Shown here piece by piece: positions 6,873 to 17,125 of a stretch of 63,936 nt of DNA; position 1 is the first letter of the stretch, and every line of letters starts with the position of its first letter. The stretch comes from a virus (lineage: Duplodnaviria; Caudoviricetes). The notes under the pieces were generated by a model. It was not told the DNA's origin and ran no database searches. It saw only the letters and a list, made by a program, of their open reading frames with translations. The position numbers and the translations under genes are program-made. The DNA lies in the IMG/VR virus record IMGVR_UViG_3300042541_000539, positions 1 to 63,936 of that record; one strand, written 5' to 3'.

Positions 6873-9419
6873 ATGGCAATATCAAATGCATATCCCACGG
6901 GCATACCTGTAGCAGATGCTGATTTATTTGTAGGCACAAAAGCCTATACAAATAGAACAGTAAACTACACAGCTCAAGGAATAGCTGATTATCTGAATAT
7001 AAATGCCAAGGTATCTATAGGGGGACAAATGTCTTTTAGGTTTAGTATAACGCCTGACATATCAAAAACAATATCTTTTGAGGGCGGGCTAGGTAACAAT
7101 ACGCCGTTTGCGGATATTACAAGATTAGTTACTTCGGGATCAGATGCATCAGGCAGTGATATAACAATATTCCTAAATTACTTAATAGATACTCAAATAT
7201 TATTAGCAGAACAGAATCAACCAAATAACTTTGGACATTATAAGATTACCGGCTATAGCCAAATAGGTATAACGGATTTTTATAATTTAGATTTAGAATA
7301 CATTGGAGGTAATGGTAATATAGTTGATGATATATATTATGATTTAGTTTCGTTTAATTTATCCGGAGGAGTTGGATCAACCCCAACCCTACAAGAAGTA
7401 ACAGACGTAGGGAATACCGCTACTAACACGATAGAACATAATAATGGAAGTAACTTAAAATTAACATTAAGTAATGATGGAACTATTGCTTTATTAAGTT
7501 TTTATGATTCAACATATTTTCCAAGTGCTGCGCAAGGAGTATATACAGGTTATGGTTTTGAGCTTGGAGATGAATTTGGACAACCTGCCGGTATTTCAGC
7601 TTCAGCACAGTATGATTCGGGGTTTATTGGGTTTAAATTTAGTAGAGGATTATCACAAGCAGTTGTATCATTACAACCAAACTATGGAGATTTTATTGGA
7701 GACTCTATTGGTCTGTATTTTCCAAAAGGCTATCCTATCCTAGGGAATCCGGTTATACCAATATCCGTTAATGGTAATTTTGCAGATGATTACGGAGAAA
7801 TAACTATTTCAGCAGGGGCAACTGATTTAGCATACACCCCAAGCCCAACAAATGGTATTGTAACAAGTTCAACAGGAACAGACGCGACTTTGCCTTTAGC
7901 GGATGTAACTAATGCAGGATTATTACAACCTGCTGACTTTACGCAACTATCAACTTTAGCGACTGATTTAGCCTCAAAAGAACCAACTATAACAGCCGGT
8001 ACTACTTCTCAATATTGGAGAGGAGATAAAACTTGGCAAACATTACCTAGTAATTCGTCAGGAGGGAGCAGTGTCGCTTACTATTTAAACGGGGGTACAG
8101 CAGCAAGTGTTGCTACTTATTTCCAAATGAGCAAGACTGCAGTATTAGGTACAGGAGTTGATTTTTTAAAGGCTGGTAATGGTCTAATATCACAATGGCT
8201 TACAGATGTAGCAGACCCGAATAGATTAGAAATACCAGCGGGTAATTGGAACTTTGAAATGTATATGAGTGCATCTTCCGCGGGAGGTACACCTGCTTTT
8301 TATGTTGAACTATTAAAGTACGACGGAGCTACTTTTACAACTATCGCTAATAATTCAGCAGTTCCTGAAGCAATTACAAATGGTACAACTATTGATTTAT
8401 ATGTAACTGCATTGTCTATACCACAAACAACTTTATTAGTAACGGATAGATTAGCTATTAGAGTTTATATTGTAAATAGCACGGGGGGAAGAACTATTAC
8501 AATGCACACTCAAGATTCCCATCTTTGTGAGATTATTACAAATTTTGCTGGAGGAATTTCTGCATTAAACGGATTGGTTGCAAATACTCAAAATTTTGCA
8601 GTAGGAACAAGCGGTACTGATTTTGCAATTTCAAGTGTTAGTGATACGCATACGTTTAATATACCAACTGCTAGTGCTTCAAATAGAGGTTTATTGTCTT
8701 CTGCAAATTGGAGTACTTTTAATAATAAATCTAATGATATTTTATTTCAAGACATTACTATTAATATGCCTACAAACGGTTCTGTTAACGTAAATAATGT
8801 TGTTGGAACTGCTTTAACTATTGGTGGAACTCCTGGTATAAGAACAATTACAGATACTAATGTTTTTACAAGAACAACAAGGGTAGCGATAGAAACTACT
8901 ATTGTTCCTGCTAATGTTTTTACTTTTAGACAAGTTGTTGGTTATTTTAGTATAAATACTGGCTTTAAGGCATCATTTAAATTTGGAGGTTCAACTGGTG
9001 CAACAAATACAAATGTGAGATATTCTATTGGAGTTTTTGTAGCAAATTTTATTGTAACAAATGTAGATCCTACTACATTTATAAACTGCATGGCATTCGC
9101 TAGAATAGATGGAAATAATAACTGGCAATTTATTCACAATGATAATACTGGACCTGCTACTGCAATAGATTTAGGTGCTTCTTTTCCAGCAAATGTAGTA
9201 TCAACAGATATGTATTATGCTACAATAGAAACGATAAGCGGAAATATAAAATATACATTGACTAGATTAAATACGGGTGATACAGTTACAGGAACGGTAA
9301 GTAGCAATATAGTAGCTGCATCAACTTTGCTAGGATTGAGCGGAGGATGTAGTAATAATGCTAATGCTGCAATATGTGCTTTAGATTTTGGGGGAATGCA
9401 ACTAATTAAATTTACGTAA
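6873..9419 (+). CDS. tail fibre / receptor-binding protein
   Basis: 848 aa with fibre motifs TPTLQEVTDVGN, GTTSQYWRGDKTW and PTASASNRGLLSSANW, and a beta-rich tip. Confidence 0.75.
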   Translation: MAISNAYPTGIPVADADLFVGTKAYTNRTVNYTAQGIADYLNINAKVSIGGQMSFRFSITPDISKTISFEGGLGNNTPFADITRLVTSGSDASGSDITIFLNYLIDTQILLAEQNQPNNFGHYKITGYSQIGITDFYNLDLEYIGGNGNIVDDIYYDLVSFNLSGGVGSTPTLQEVTDVGNTATNTIEHNNGSNLKLTLSNDGTIALLSFYDSTYFPSAAQGVYTGYGFELGDEFGQPAGISASAQYDSGFIGFKFSRGLSQAVVSLQPNYGDFIGDSIGLYFPKGYPILGNPVIPISVNGNFADDYGEITISAGATDLAYTPSPTNGIVTSSTGTDATLPLADVTNAGLLQPADFTQLSTLATDLASKEPTITAGTTSQYWRGDKTWQTLPSNSSGGSSVAYYLNGGTAASVATYFQMSKTAVLGTGVDFLKAGNGLISQWLTDVADPNRLEIPAGNWNFEMYMSASSAGGTPAFYVELLKYDGATFTTIANNSAVPEAITNGTTIDLYVTALSIPQTTLLVTDRLAIRVYIVNSTGGRTITMHTQDSHLCEIITNFAGGISALNGLVANTQNFAVGTSGTDFAISSVSDTHTFNIPTASASNRGLLSSANWSTFNNKSNDILFQDITINMPTNGSVNVNNVVGTALTIGGTPGIRTITDTNVFTRTTRVAIETTIVPANVFTFRQVVGYFSINTGFKASFKFGGSTGATNTNVRYSIGVFVANFIVTNVDPTTFINCMAFARIDGNNNWQFIHNDNTGPATAIDLGASFPANVVSTDMYYATIETISGNIKYTLTRLNTGDTVTGTVSSNIVAASTLLGLSGGCSNNANAAICALDFGGMQLIKFT

Positions 9420-9420
9420 T

Positions 9421-9597
9421 ATGAATTATTATATAACATCGGAGCTAATAACGTTTAATGATCGCAACGAAGTTGTTATTATGGCAGATGGCGAGTCTAC
9501 GTTTGAATTGTACAAGGCTTATTTAATGGCTAACGGTACGGTTCACAATAGAGAATTTTTTACAGAAGAAGAAATACTAATTTATAATCAATCATGA
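9421..9597 (+). CDS. 58-aa protein, possible fibre assembly chaperone (not in the ORF track)
   Basis: MNYYITSELITFNDRNEVVIMADGESTFELYKAYLMANG...; starts 1 nt after the fibre stop. Confidence 0.65.
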   Translation: MNYYITSELITFNDRNEVVIMADGESTFELYKAYLMANGTVHNREFFTEEEILIYNQS

Positions 9598-9959
9598 AAA
9601 AGAACTTTGAATTAATAGGGGATATTGCACATGTATTTATAGGCCTTACTTTGGCTTATTTAGTTTTGAATTTAACGGATATTCAGAGCATCAAAAACGG
9701 AGCGTGGCTTTTAGGAATAGTAGGGGGCGGATTAATAGGGGTTTTTGCTGGAGCATGCTGGGAGTTAGTAGAAGGTAAAATTTTTAAAATAAAAGAAAAT
9801 TCTAAAGACGTAATCAGAACCGCTATAGGAGCAGTTGCTGGAGGAGTATTGGCAAGCTGCATAAAAGACATTACTTTCGTAACAACATATTGTAAAATAG
9901 TTAGCATCGTATTTGCGCTAATTTATGTGTATATATTAATTAAAAACAAAAACAAATAA
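9594..9959 (+). CDS. multi-TM membrane protein, holin candidate
   Basis: Three to four hydrophobic segments, near the endolysin. Confidence 0.55.
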   Translation: MKKNFELIGDIAHVFIGLTLAYLVLNLTDIQSIKNGAWLLGIVGGGLIGVFAGACWELVEGKIFKIKENSKDVIRTAIGAVAGGVLASCIKDITFVTTYCKIVSIVFALIYVYILIKNKNK

Positions 9960-9960
9960 A

Positions 9961-10707
9961 ATGAGCAATTACAAATTTTCAGTAATTAACAATGGAACCT
10001 ACACTCCTCTAGTTAATAAAACGGTATTTCAGTCAGGAGCGCAAATAGATATAGATGCTATCTCAAACGCTATTACTTTACCATTTCCTTTTTCAATGTA
10101 TGATAGCACTGAAAATACTATCTTCATTAGTAACAATGGATTTGTTGGATTTGGGGTTGCTCCAAGCACTTCTTCTAAAACAGTATTCAATGCTATCTCA
10201 TCAAGCAATATAGCTTGTGAAGAATTGATTAGTTTTAGTAATCAGATTACGTCGTGGAAAGGCAGAGGTTCATTTTCAGAAATTAGTTACGGCAAAAGCG
10301 AAGCAGGAGATTTTATTATTGAATTTATAGATGTTTCTATTCAAACTGCACCTGGAGTTAGAATGACTTTTCAAATAGTTTTAAAAGCTGATGGAGTTAC
10401 TGTTCAAATTATATTTGGACCAAACTGCACGGGGCAAGACCAAGTTAGTAATATATCGGTTAGAGCTTTTGAAGTAGGCCTAAGAGGATTACAAACAGCG
10501 AGATTAAACGCAACACCTTTTACAGAAGTATATGACAATATTTCATTGTCAACCGGTGATTGGAATAAAGCTAGTAATATAAAACCGGGGCTACGCCCTA
10601 GCGCAAGTATGTCAGTGAGAACTGGCGTTAATATGCCGGATGTTGTTATTGCAAATATTGTTAGAGTACCAAAAAGCGGCTTAACTTACCAGTGGTCAAT
10701 TAATTAA
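9961..10707 (+). CDS. beta-rich structural/adhesin-like protein
   Basis: ITLPFPFSMY...IFISNNGFVGFG resembles Bacteroidota extracellular modules. Confidence 0.55.
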   Translation: MSNYKFSVINNGTYTPLVNKTVFQSGAQIDIDAISNAITLPFPFSMYDSTENTIFISNNGFVGFGVAPSTSSKTVFNAISSSNIACEELISFSNQITSWKGRGSFSEISYGKSEAGDFIIEFIDVSIQTAPGVRMTFQIVLKADGVTVQIIFGPNCTGQDQVSNISVRAFEVGLRGLQTARLNATPFTEVYDNISLSTGDWNKASNIKPGLRPSASMSVRTGVNMPDVVIANIVRVPKSGLTYQWSIN

Positions 10708-10725
10708 AGAATAGTTAGGTAGTAT

Positions 10726-11214
10726 ATGGAATTTTTAGTCAACAACTGGTTAACGTTAATGGGGTTTTTATCAGCTCCTATTATGTATTTTTTGGGGGGT
10801 AGGCAAGAAAAAAATCAACAATTAAAAAAAGGTGATGTAGAGATTGAAATAGTGGAGGTCGACTATGCCGTTAAAGTGCGCGAGCTATATGAAAGCTTGT
10901 TAGAGCGAGCAAATGCAGACAACACCGCTTTAAAACTGGATCGAGAGGTTTTAATAGCTGAATTTAAAAGTGAAAGAGAATATTTCAGAGCGCAAATAGA
11001 CGAGCTAAGACAACAAGCAATTATTATACAAGGGCAATCTTCTGCGTTGCAAACGCAATTCAACGACATTCAATTAGCGTATGCAAAGGAGGTTGAACAA
11101 TCACAAAACTGGGAAAAATTGCATAGAGAACTGTTGGCAAAATATAACAGCTTGGAAGCTCTTTACGAAAAGTTAAAAGAGGATTTTGATAAACATAAAA
11201 AAGCAAGTAAGTAA
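10726..11214 (+). CDS. N-terminal TM plus coiled-coil lysis-cassette protein
   Basis: Hydrophobic N-terminus, heptad pattern, abuts the endolysin. Confidence 0.6.
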   Translation: MEFLVNNWLTLMGFLSAPIMYFLGGRQEKNQQLKKGDVEIEIVEVDYAVKVRELYESLLERANADNTALKLDREVLIAEFKSEREYFRAQIDELRQQAIIIQGQSSALQTQFNDIQLAYAKEVEQSQNWEKLHRELLAKYNSLEALYEKLKEDFDKHKKASK

Positions 11215-11684
11215 TGAAACTAAACGACGAGGGGTATTTAATAATCGCTAACTTTGAGGGTTTAAGATTAACCCCTTATTTGTGTAGCGCTGGCGTGCCG
11301 ACAATTGGATATGGATCAACATTTTATCCAAGTGGTATAAAAGTGACAATGCGAGACAAAGCAATTACAAAAGAAACAGCTTTATGGATGTTAAAAACAA
11401 CAGCTGATATGTTTGCAAAAGACGTGGATAAATTAGTTACTTCTACGGTTAATCAAAACCAGTTTAATGCATTGGTATCATTTGCTTTTAACTTAGGTAG
11501 TGATATTGACGCTGATAACATACCAGAAGGACTAGGCGATAGTAATTTGTTAAAGAAAGTTAATGCAAATCCTAATGAGCCAACAATAGCCCAAGAGTTT
11601 ATGAAATGGGTTAACGCAGGAGGAAGACGCAATAAAGGCCTTATAAAAAGAAGAACTGAAGAAGTTAAAATATATTTCAAATGA
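11214..11684 (+). CDS. endolysin, GH24 lysozyme
   Basis: FEGLRLTPYLCSAGVPTIGYG (E-x8-C-x5-T), QNQFNALVSFAFNLG, GLIKRR. Confidence 0.92.
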   Translation: MKLNDEGYLIIANFEGLRLTPYLCSAGVPTIGYGSTFYPSGIKVTMRDKAITKETALWMLKTTADMFAKDVDKLVTSTVNQNQFNALVSFAFNLGSDIDADNIPEGLGDSNLLKKVNANPNEPTIAQEFMKWVNAGGRRNKGLIKRRTEEVKIYFK

Positions 11685-12175
11685 AACAACTAATTATATT
11701 TTTATCGGTTTTATTAGTATCTTGTGGTTCAAGAAACGTAAATAAAGAAGTTGTAAAAACAGATAGTATCTCAAGCACGGTTTCTGTTGTAAAAACAGAT
11801 AGTATTTCTAAGGACAGTACCTCTATTAAATTTGATGTCGAAACAGAGGAGATAGTAATCGAAGCTGTAGATACTACAAAGCCAATTGAAATAACTAATA
11901 GCAAAGGCAAAGTAACAAAGTACAAAAACGCGCGTTTAAGCAAGAAAAAAAAGAAAGACAATACTATTGTTGTAAACGAGAAAACAGTTGCTAAAATAGT
12001 AGTCGATTCAGTTAGTAATGAGATAGAAGTAAACAAAATAGAAAGCACAAAGATAGTTTATAAGGAACAGTTTAGCTGGGGTAAGTTTATGTTAGATTTG
12101 TGGTGGCTTTGGCTAATACTTTTAGTAGTAGGATATGTATTTTATCGTTATGTAAAAAGAACAACTTTATTATGA
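11681..12175 (+). CDS. unimolecular spanin candidate
   Basis: Lipobox LLVSC, beta-rich middle and C-terminal TM helix, right after the endolysin. Confidence 0.7.
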   Translation: MKQLIIFLSVLLVSCGSRNVNKEVVKTDSISSTVSVVKTDSISKDSTSIKFDVETEEIVIEAVDTTKPIEITNSKGKVTKYKNARLSKKKKKDNTIVVNEKTVAKIVVDSVSNEIEVNKIESTKIVYKEQFSWGKFMLDLWWLWLILLVVGYVFYRYVKRTTLL

Positions 12176-12366
12176 AAATAGCGCACGTTAACGGAACTAC
12201 TAAAACAAACTTTATTGAGGTTAGACAGTATACTAACAGGATTGTGAATATATCTAAAGAAACTAAACCTACAAATTCAGAGTTCTGTAATGGGGTTTGG
12301 AAGGTTAAAGCAATAAACATTATTCCTGATGAATATAAATCTGATTATGAATTTGTAAAAAAATAA
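12172..12366 (+). CDS. hypothetical protein (start revised to MKIAHV)
   Basis: ATGA overlap with the spanin stop. Confidence 0.6.
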   Translation: MKIAHVNGTTKTNFIEVRQYTNRIVNISKETKPTNSEFCNGVWKVKAINIIPDEYKSDYEFVKK

Positions 12367-12412
12367 AAGAATAGGTGATATATAGGTTATATTAATTTAA
12401 TCAAATAAAATT

Positions 12413-13957
12413 ATGTCAGACGCTATAGTCAAAAATTTAAGTTTTGGCAAAGATGCCAGTGATAAGGTATTTGCCGGAATAGAAAAGTTAGCAAAAGCAG
12501 TAAGCTCTACATTAGGAGCGGGTGGTAAATGCGTACTTTTAGAAGATTCATTTGGAAGACCAGTTATTACAAAAGATGGTGTTACAGTGGCAGATTCCAT
12601 TACGCTATTAGACCCTGTTGAAAACATGGGAGCTACATTACTTAAAGAAGCAGCTAGGAAAACTGTTAGAGAAGCTGGAGACGGAACAACAACAGCAACA
12701 GTATTGGCTCATGCTATTTTACAGAAAGCTTATTCAATTCCTAATACAAATGCTCGTCAAGTAAAAGACGGTATAAACAAGGCGGTTGAAAAAGTTATTG
12801 AGTATCTTGAAAAGAACTCTATAAAAGTAGATGATACTATGCTAGATCAAATTGCTACTATATCAACGAATAATGATCCTGAATTAGGTAAGTTAGTTGG
12901 CGATGCTTTTAGATCGGTAAGTAATACAGGGGTTGTAATGATGGAAACATCTGTTGATTCAGAGTGTAGTTTACAGATCGTTGAAGGAGTGCAATGTGAT
13001 ATGGGCTTAAAGAATTCACATTTCATTACAAACCATAAAAACAAAACAGCGGAGTTAGATAACCCGTTAGTGTTATTAGTTGAATCTCCAATAGATAATA
13101 TAAGGCAATTACAATCAATATTAGAGCATGTTATAAAGACTAATAAATCATTGCTTATAATTGGTGACATGGATCAAACGCCATTAGCTACATTAGCAAT
13201 GAATAAGTCAAAAGGCAATATAAAAGTAAATGTTATTGATGCGCCCGTGTACGGCGTAAATAGAAAAGAAATATTTGATGACTTAGCTTTGTTGACCGGA
13301 GCTACATTAATAAATGAAGATCTCGGCGATGATTTAGATTTAATACAAATCGATATGTTAGGTACTTGTGTAAAGAGTATTACAAATCACGAAGAGACAA
13401 TATTACATATAGGCGAAACGCCTGAAGAAGTATTAGAAATTATAAAATATATTAAGGAATCTTTATTAGAAAATCCCCCTGCGTCAAGAGTAATAAAACT
13501 AGAAAAACGGCTTGCAAGATTAACTGCAAAAATAGCCTTAGTTAAAGTAGGGGCGAATTCTGAAATAGAACTTAAAGAAAAAGCGGATAGAATAGAGGAT
13601 GCTATATGCGCTACTAAAGCCGCGATCAAGGAAGGTATTGTAGCCGGCGGCGGAATTGCTTTGTTAAATGCTTCTCATAATATAGATACATTTTCTATTG
13701 GAGAAGAAATATTAATAGAAGCCATACGAGCACCGTTTAATACAATACTAGACAACGCTGATATTGCCGAAGTTTCTATAGATGTTATTTCAAAGGTAGG
13801 TTATGGGTTAGATGTTATAACAGGCAAAACTGTTAATATGATTGAAGCCGGTATAATCGATCCTCTATTGGTTACTAAAAGCGCGTTAATAAACGCTGCC
13901 TCTGTAGCAACCACTATATTGTCAACGGATTGTGTAATTAACAATCTAAGAGCATAA
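12413..13957 (+). CDS. groEL: phage chaperonin GroEL
   Basis: ITKDGVTVA, GDGTTTATVLA, GIVAGGG, GIIDP; no GGM tail. Confidence 0.97.
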   Translation: MSDAIVKNLSFGKDASDKVFAGIEKLAKAVSSTLGAGGKCVLLEDSFGRPVITKDGVTVADSITLLDPVENMGATLLKEAARKTVREAGDGTTTATVLAHAILQKAYSIPNTNARQVKDGINKAVEKVIEYLEKNSIKVDDTMLDQIATISTNNDPELGKLVGDAFRSVSNTGVVMMETSVDSECSLQIVEGVQCDMGLKNSHFITNHKNKTAELDNPLVLLVESPIDNIRQLQSILEHVIKTNKSLLIIGDMDQTPLATLAMNKSKGNIKVNVIDAPVYGVNRKEIFDDLALLTGATLINEDLGDDLDLIQIDMLGTCVKSITNHEETILHIGETPEEVLEIIKYIKESLLENPPASRVIKLEKRLARLTAKIALVKVGANSEIELKEKADRIEDAICATKAAIKEGIVAGGGIALLNASHNIDTFSIGEEILIEAIRAPFNTILDNADIAEVSIDVISKVGYGLDVITGKTVNMIEAGIIDPLLVTKSALINAASVATTILSTDCVINNLRA

Positions 13958-14217
13958 TGGAAGCAGTTGGTAAGTGTTTGATTATACAAAAGAAAGAAGA
14001 AGGTATTACCAAAACAAAAGGAGGCGTGATGCTTGCTGCAAACCAAAGAGAGGACATTAGATATATTGAAGCTAATGTTATTTCTGTAGGTGAAGAAGTT
14101 GTTGGTATTAAAGAGAATGATAACATATTTTATGACAGGAATGCTGGACATAAAATAGAGATAGATAAAGAAACCTATTTCGTAATAAGATTAGGCGATG
14201 TAGTTGTTAGGCTATGA
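13957..14217 (+). CDS. groES: co-chaperonin GroES
   Basis: TKTKGGVML mobile loop, VISVG; adjacent to groEL. Confidence 0.9.
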   Translation: MEAVGKCLIIQKKEEGITKTKGGVMLAANQREDIRYIEANVISVGEEVVGIKENDNIFYDRNAGHKIEIDKETYFVIRLGDVVVRL

Positions 14218-14675
14218 TTAGGCTAGACGCAACGGATGTTAAAGCATTAGGATTGCTAAAGCACTATAGGATAATACGTAGATGGGCATGCAGGAACAAT
14301 AATTTAACCGATGCCGATTTAGAACTACTTATCTATTTTGATTGTATGGATTTCTTTACTAAGCAAGACTATAAGATTGGCACGTATGCTTATAGTTGGG
14401 ATTGTGGCAGATGGAATAGATTATTAAAAGAAGGTTGGATTGTTGTTTGGAGAAATAGAAATCATACAACGCAAAAATACAACATATATAAAGTTTCGTT
14501 TAAGTGCAAGCAGTTAATAAACAAGATGTATCGTATAATGTTAGGCAAAGAAGATTTACCAACTAGTCATAGAAACGTTATAATGAATGGCAAAACTTAT
14601 ATGAATACCGTAATGGCAACTGCTATAGAGAATGTAAATAAAGATAAAACAAGAAATAATGGCGAATCAACTTAG
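14214..14675 (+). CDS. winged-helix (MarR-like) protein
   Basis: LTDADLELLIY...RLLKEGWIVV...YKVSFK. Confidence 0.55.
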   Translation: MIRLDATDVKALGLLKHYRIIRRWACRNNNLTDADLELLIYFDCMDFFTKQDYKIGTYAYSWDCGRWNRLLKEGWIVVWRNRNHTTQKYNIYKVSFKCKQLINKMYRIMLGKEDLPTSHRNVIMNGKTYMNTVMATAIENVNKDKTRNNGEST

Positions 14676-14907
14676 TCCAACACCAATAAATCCTAAAGGG
14701 TTTACAAACACAAATAACATACAAGGAATGTATGGAGAGAGTGTTCCAAATACATTTACAAGAAACGTTGCGCAGTCAACTGATGGAGTACGAAAAATTG
14801 CTAGTCCTGATTTAGGTATGCAAAACCAATTAGTTTCAGATCCTACGGCACCGCCAATGGGAGTACAAACACCAGTAGCGCCTATTTACGATATAAACAA
14901 TCAATAA
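14659..14907 (+). CDS. hypothetical protein
   Basis: 82-aa ORF, P/N/Q-rich. Confidence 0.65.
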   Translation: MANQLSPTPINPKGFTNTNNIQGMYGESVPNTFTRNVAQSTDGVRKIASPDLGMQNQLVSDPTAPPMGVQTPVAPIYDINNQ

Positions 14908-14909
14908 TT

Positions 14910-15128
14910 ATGAACTTAAACACTAGAAAACACCCAATGAGTGTTCACGACAAAGAAGCTAAGATGTCAGGAGTAGGAGCCAACGCATTATGGAATGGTC
15001 CATTTGACACAACAGCATTACCTAAAGGTAGAGGATCAAGTTCTGGCAAAGACGGCATTATATTAAATAACGCCAAACCAGTATGTGATCCAAGAGCAAT
15101 AACGCAAAGAACCAAAAACAATTACTAA
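14910..15128 (+). CDS. hypothetical protein
   Basis: 72 aa, GANALWNGPFDTTALPKGRGSSSG. Confidence 0.7.
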   Translation: MNLNTRKHPMSVHDKEAKMSGVGANALWNGPFDTTALPKGRGSSSGKDGIILNNAKPVCDPRAITQRTKNNY

Positions 15129-15129
15129 T

Positions 15130-15243
15130 ATGAAAAAGAAAGTTATGCCTGATTACGGAGGAAAAGAAAAATATCCTTCTAAAACCGCTAAAGTAAAACC
15201 AGGAACAAAAAAAATGCCTCCTGCTAAAATGAAAAAATGTTAA
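15130..15243 (+). CDS. 37-aa Lys-rich peptide (not in the ORF track)
   Basis: MKKKVMPDYGGKEKYPSKTAKVKPGTKKMPPAKMKKC. Confidence 0.6.
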   Translation: MKKKVMPDYGGKEKYPSKTAKVKPGTKKMPPAKMKKC

Positions 15244-15272
15244 AACAAACTAAAAACCAAAACTAAAAAAAA

Positions 15273-15557
15273 ATGTTTAAATTTATCTCAATTGCTACTA
15301 CAGTTAGTGGCGCTCAACCAATCCTTTTTAATGTAGCCAATATTGCAGGAGTTTCTTTTCTTACTGCAACTACGTTTGTTATTTACACGGATTCATTAAA
15401 GCACACATTTACAACAAGCGCAGCCGGAGCGTCGGCTACTGTTGCTGCGGTTAACGCTGCTATTTTTGCTCAAGGGCCACTTTTATCTCCTGTGGCAATT
15501 CCTGCGGGAGTTACTATTTCTGCATTGCCAGTTGTAGTTCCAGTTGTTGCAGCATAA
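15273..15557 (+). CDS. small Ala/Thr/Val-rich structural protein (capsid decoration candidate)
   Basis: Amino-acid composition; followed by a terminator. Confidence 0.6.
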   Translation: MFKFISIATTVSGAQPILFNVANIAGVSFLTATTFVIYTDSLKHTFTTSAAGASATVAAVNAAIFAQGPLLSPVAIPAGVTISALPVVVPVVAA

Positions 15558-15571
15558 TTATTTATTTTAAT

Positions 15572-15600
15572 TCCCCTATAGAGTAATTTATAGGGGATTT
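15572..15600 (+). terminator. intrinsic terminator
   Basis: tcccctata...tatagggga followed by T/A tract. Confidence 0.7.
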
Positions 15601-15620
15601 AATAATTTAAAGTTTACAAT

Positions 15621-15935
15621 ATGGCATTTAAAATGGCAGGCCCTCCTTATAACGTGGACAACACCCCTATCTATAGTACAGATATGGACGACAATGTTTT
15701 AGGTATGGCCCAGTCAAATGGAACTATACTTGTTAACAAAAATATTTCTCCTTTAGAACTAAAAAAGAATAAAACTATATCACACGAGAAGGTTCACATT
15801 GAGCAAATGAAACGTGGAGATCTAGATTATACTGACTCAGATGTTTTTTGGAAAGGTAAGAAATATCCCCGAGCAACAATGAAAGAGGGAGCAAAGAATC
15901 TTCCTTGGGAAAAAGAAGCGTATAAAAAACAATAA
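15621..15935 (+). CDS. small zincin-type metallopeptidase
   Basis: ISHEKVH (HExxH) plus LPWEKEAY; MAFKM leader. Confidence 0.7.
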   Translation: MAFKMAGPPYNVDNTPIYSTDMDDNVLGMAQSNGTILVNKNISPLELKKNKTISHEKVHIEQMKRGDLDYTDSDVFWKGKKYPRATMKEGAKNLPWEKEAYKKQ

Positions 15936-15978
15936 ATATATGTAATAATATTAATATATAACTTTAATTTAATATATT

Positions 15979-16338
15979 ATGAAAAAAGTAATCTGTATTA
16001 TTGTATTTTTGTCGTTTAATTTTTATGCTCAAGCTCAAAAGCTTACTAAGGATTTTTTAGTTGGAACATGGACCTCCGACACCTCTCAAATAGATTTTTC
16101 TATTATAAACAAGAATGAACTTAATATTGTGTCATTTTCTTATTTAACTGGCAATTATTTTAAAATATTAGGTTATCAGTTTAATAAAAATAATTTCTAT
16201 TTAAACACATTACATGAACCTAATAATTGGGAAGCTTTAGGTAAATTTATAATTGTAGACCAAGATACAATGGTTGTTGATTATGTTAGCGATGCTCCCG
16301 GAAAAGTAATTTATAAAAGACTAATAAATAAAAAATAA
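15979..16338 (+). CDS. exported protein with signal peptide
   Basis: MKKVICIIVFLSFNFYAQA|QK; LVGTW lipocalin-like start; very AT-rich. Confidence 0.7.
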   Translation: MKKVICIIVFLSFNFYAQAQKLTKDFLVGTWTSDTSQIDFSIINKNELNIVSFSYLTGNYFKILGYQFNKNNFYLNTLHEPNNWEALGKFIIVDQDTMVVDYVSDAPGKVIYKRLINKK

Positions 16339-16343
16339 ACAAA

Positions 16344-16826
16344 ATGAACACCCCCTTTAAAATGAAACCAGGCAGAGGTAATATGCCAAAAACAGGTAAT
16401 GGATTGCCAAGTCCTTTAAGACAAGAAAGCCTTGAGCTTACTAAAAAATACACAACAGGTAGAAAGAAATACGAGGAGCAAAGAAATAAAGGCAATGTAG
16501 ATTCATCTTTAAATGTTGACGCTACAACTGGATTTGCTAAGGCTAAACCTTATGAAAAAAAGTTTGTTACAAATCCAACAACAAAAGGAGCTAGTATTAT
16601 AGGGGGTAATAATAAAACCGTTGCTACTGCCACGTCTTACGGTGGAGGTAAAGAAGTTAAAACTTTGCGCGCAAAATTTGTTAAAGACAGTACCAATACT
16701 ATGAGCGATAGAAATCGTAAAGCCGAATTTTACAACGCTAATAGCGGAGGAACAAACCCTAATAACTTAAACGAGCGTCAAACGCGCTCTTTAGTAGGTA
16801 TAGGTAAAGTAAAAAGAACTAGATAA
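16344..16826 (+). CDS. basic protein with FKMK...SPLRQ leader
   Basis: 160-aa ORF. Confidence 0.75.
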   Translation: MNTPFKMKPGRGNMPKTGNGLPSPLRQESLELTKKYTTGRKKYEEQRNKGNVDSSLNVDATTGFAKAKPYEKKFVTNPTTKGASIIGGNNKTVATATSYGGGKEVKTLRAKFVKDSTNTMSDRNRKAEFYNANSGGTNPNNLNERQTRSLVGIGKVKRTR

Positions 16827-16839
16827 ATAAAAATATATT

Positions 16840-17106
16840 ATGGGACAATTTGGAAACCAACCAGACTTCGCGACAAAATCAACAACGTTAAGTGCCTTTC
16901 CAGCAACAGCAACTATACCTTCAGCGGTATATATTGGAGCATTTACAAGTGCTCTTAGCGCTGCTTCTATTACGGTTAGATTAGTTGGGGATAGCGCGGA
17001 TACTACTTTTTCAGGGCTTTCTCAAGGTACATTTATGCCTATAATTGTAACAAGCGTAACTAGTGCTGTGAATATACCGGCTGCTAGTATAATATTATAT
17101 AATTAG
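16840..17106 (+). CDS. small structural protein (capsid spike-base-like)
   Basis: AVYIG...ITVRLVG...TFSGLSQGTFMPIIVTSV pattern. Confidence 0.55.
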   Translation: MGQFGNQPDFATKSTTLSAFPATATIPSAVYIGAFTSALSAASITVRLVGDSADTTFSGLSQGTFMPIIVTSVTSAVNIPAASIILYN

Positions 17107-17125
17107 ATAAATTAAATTAAATCAA

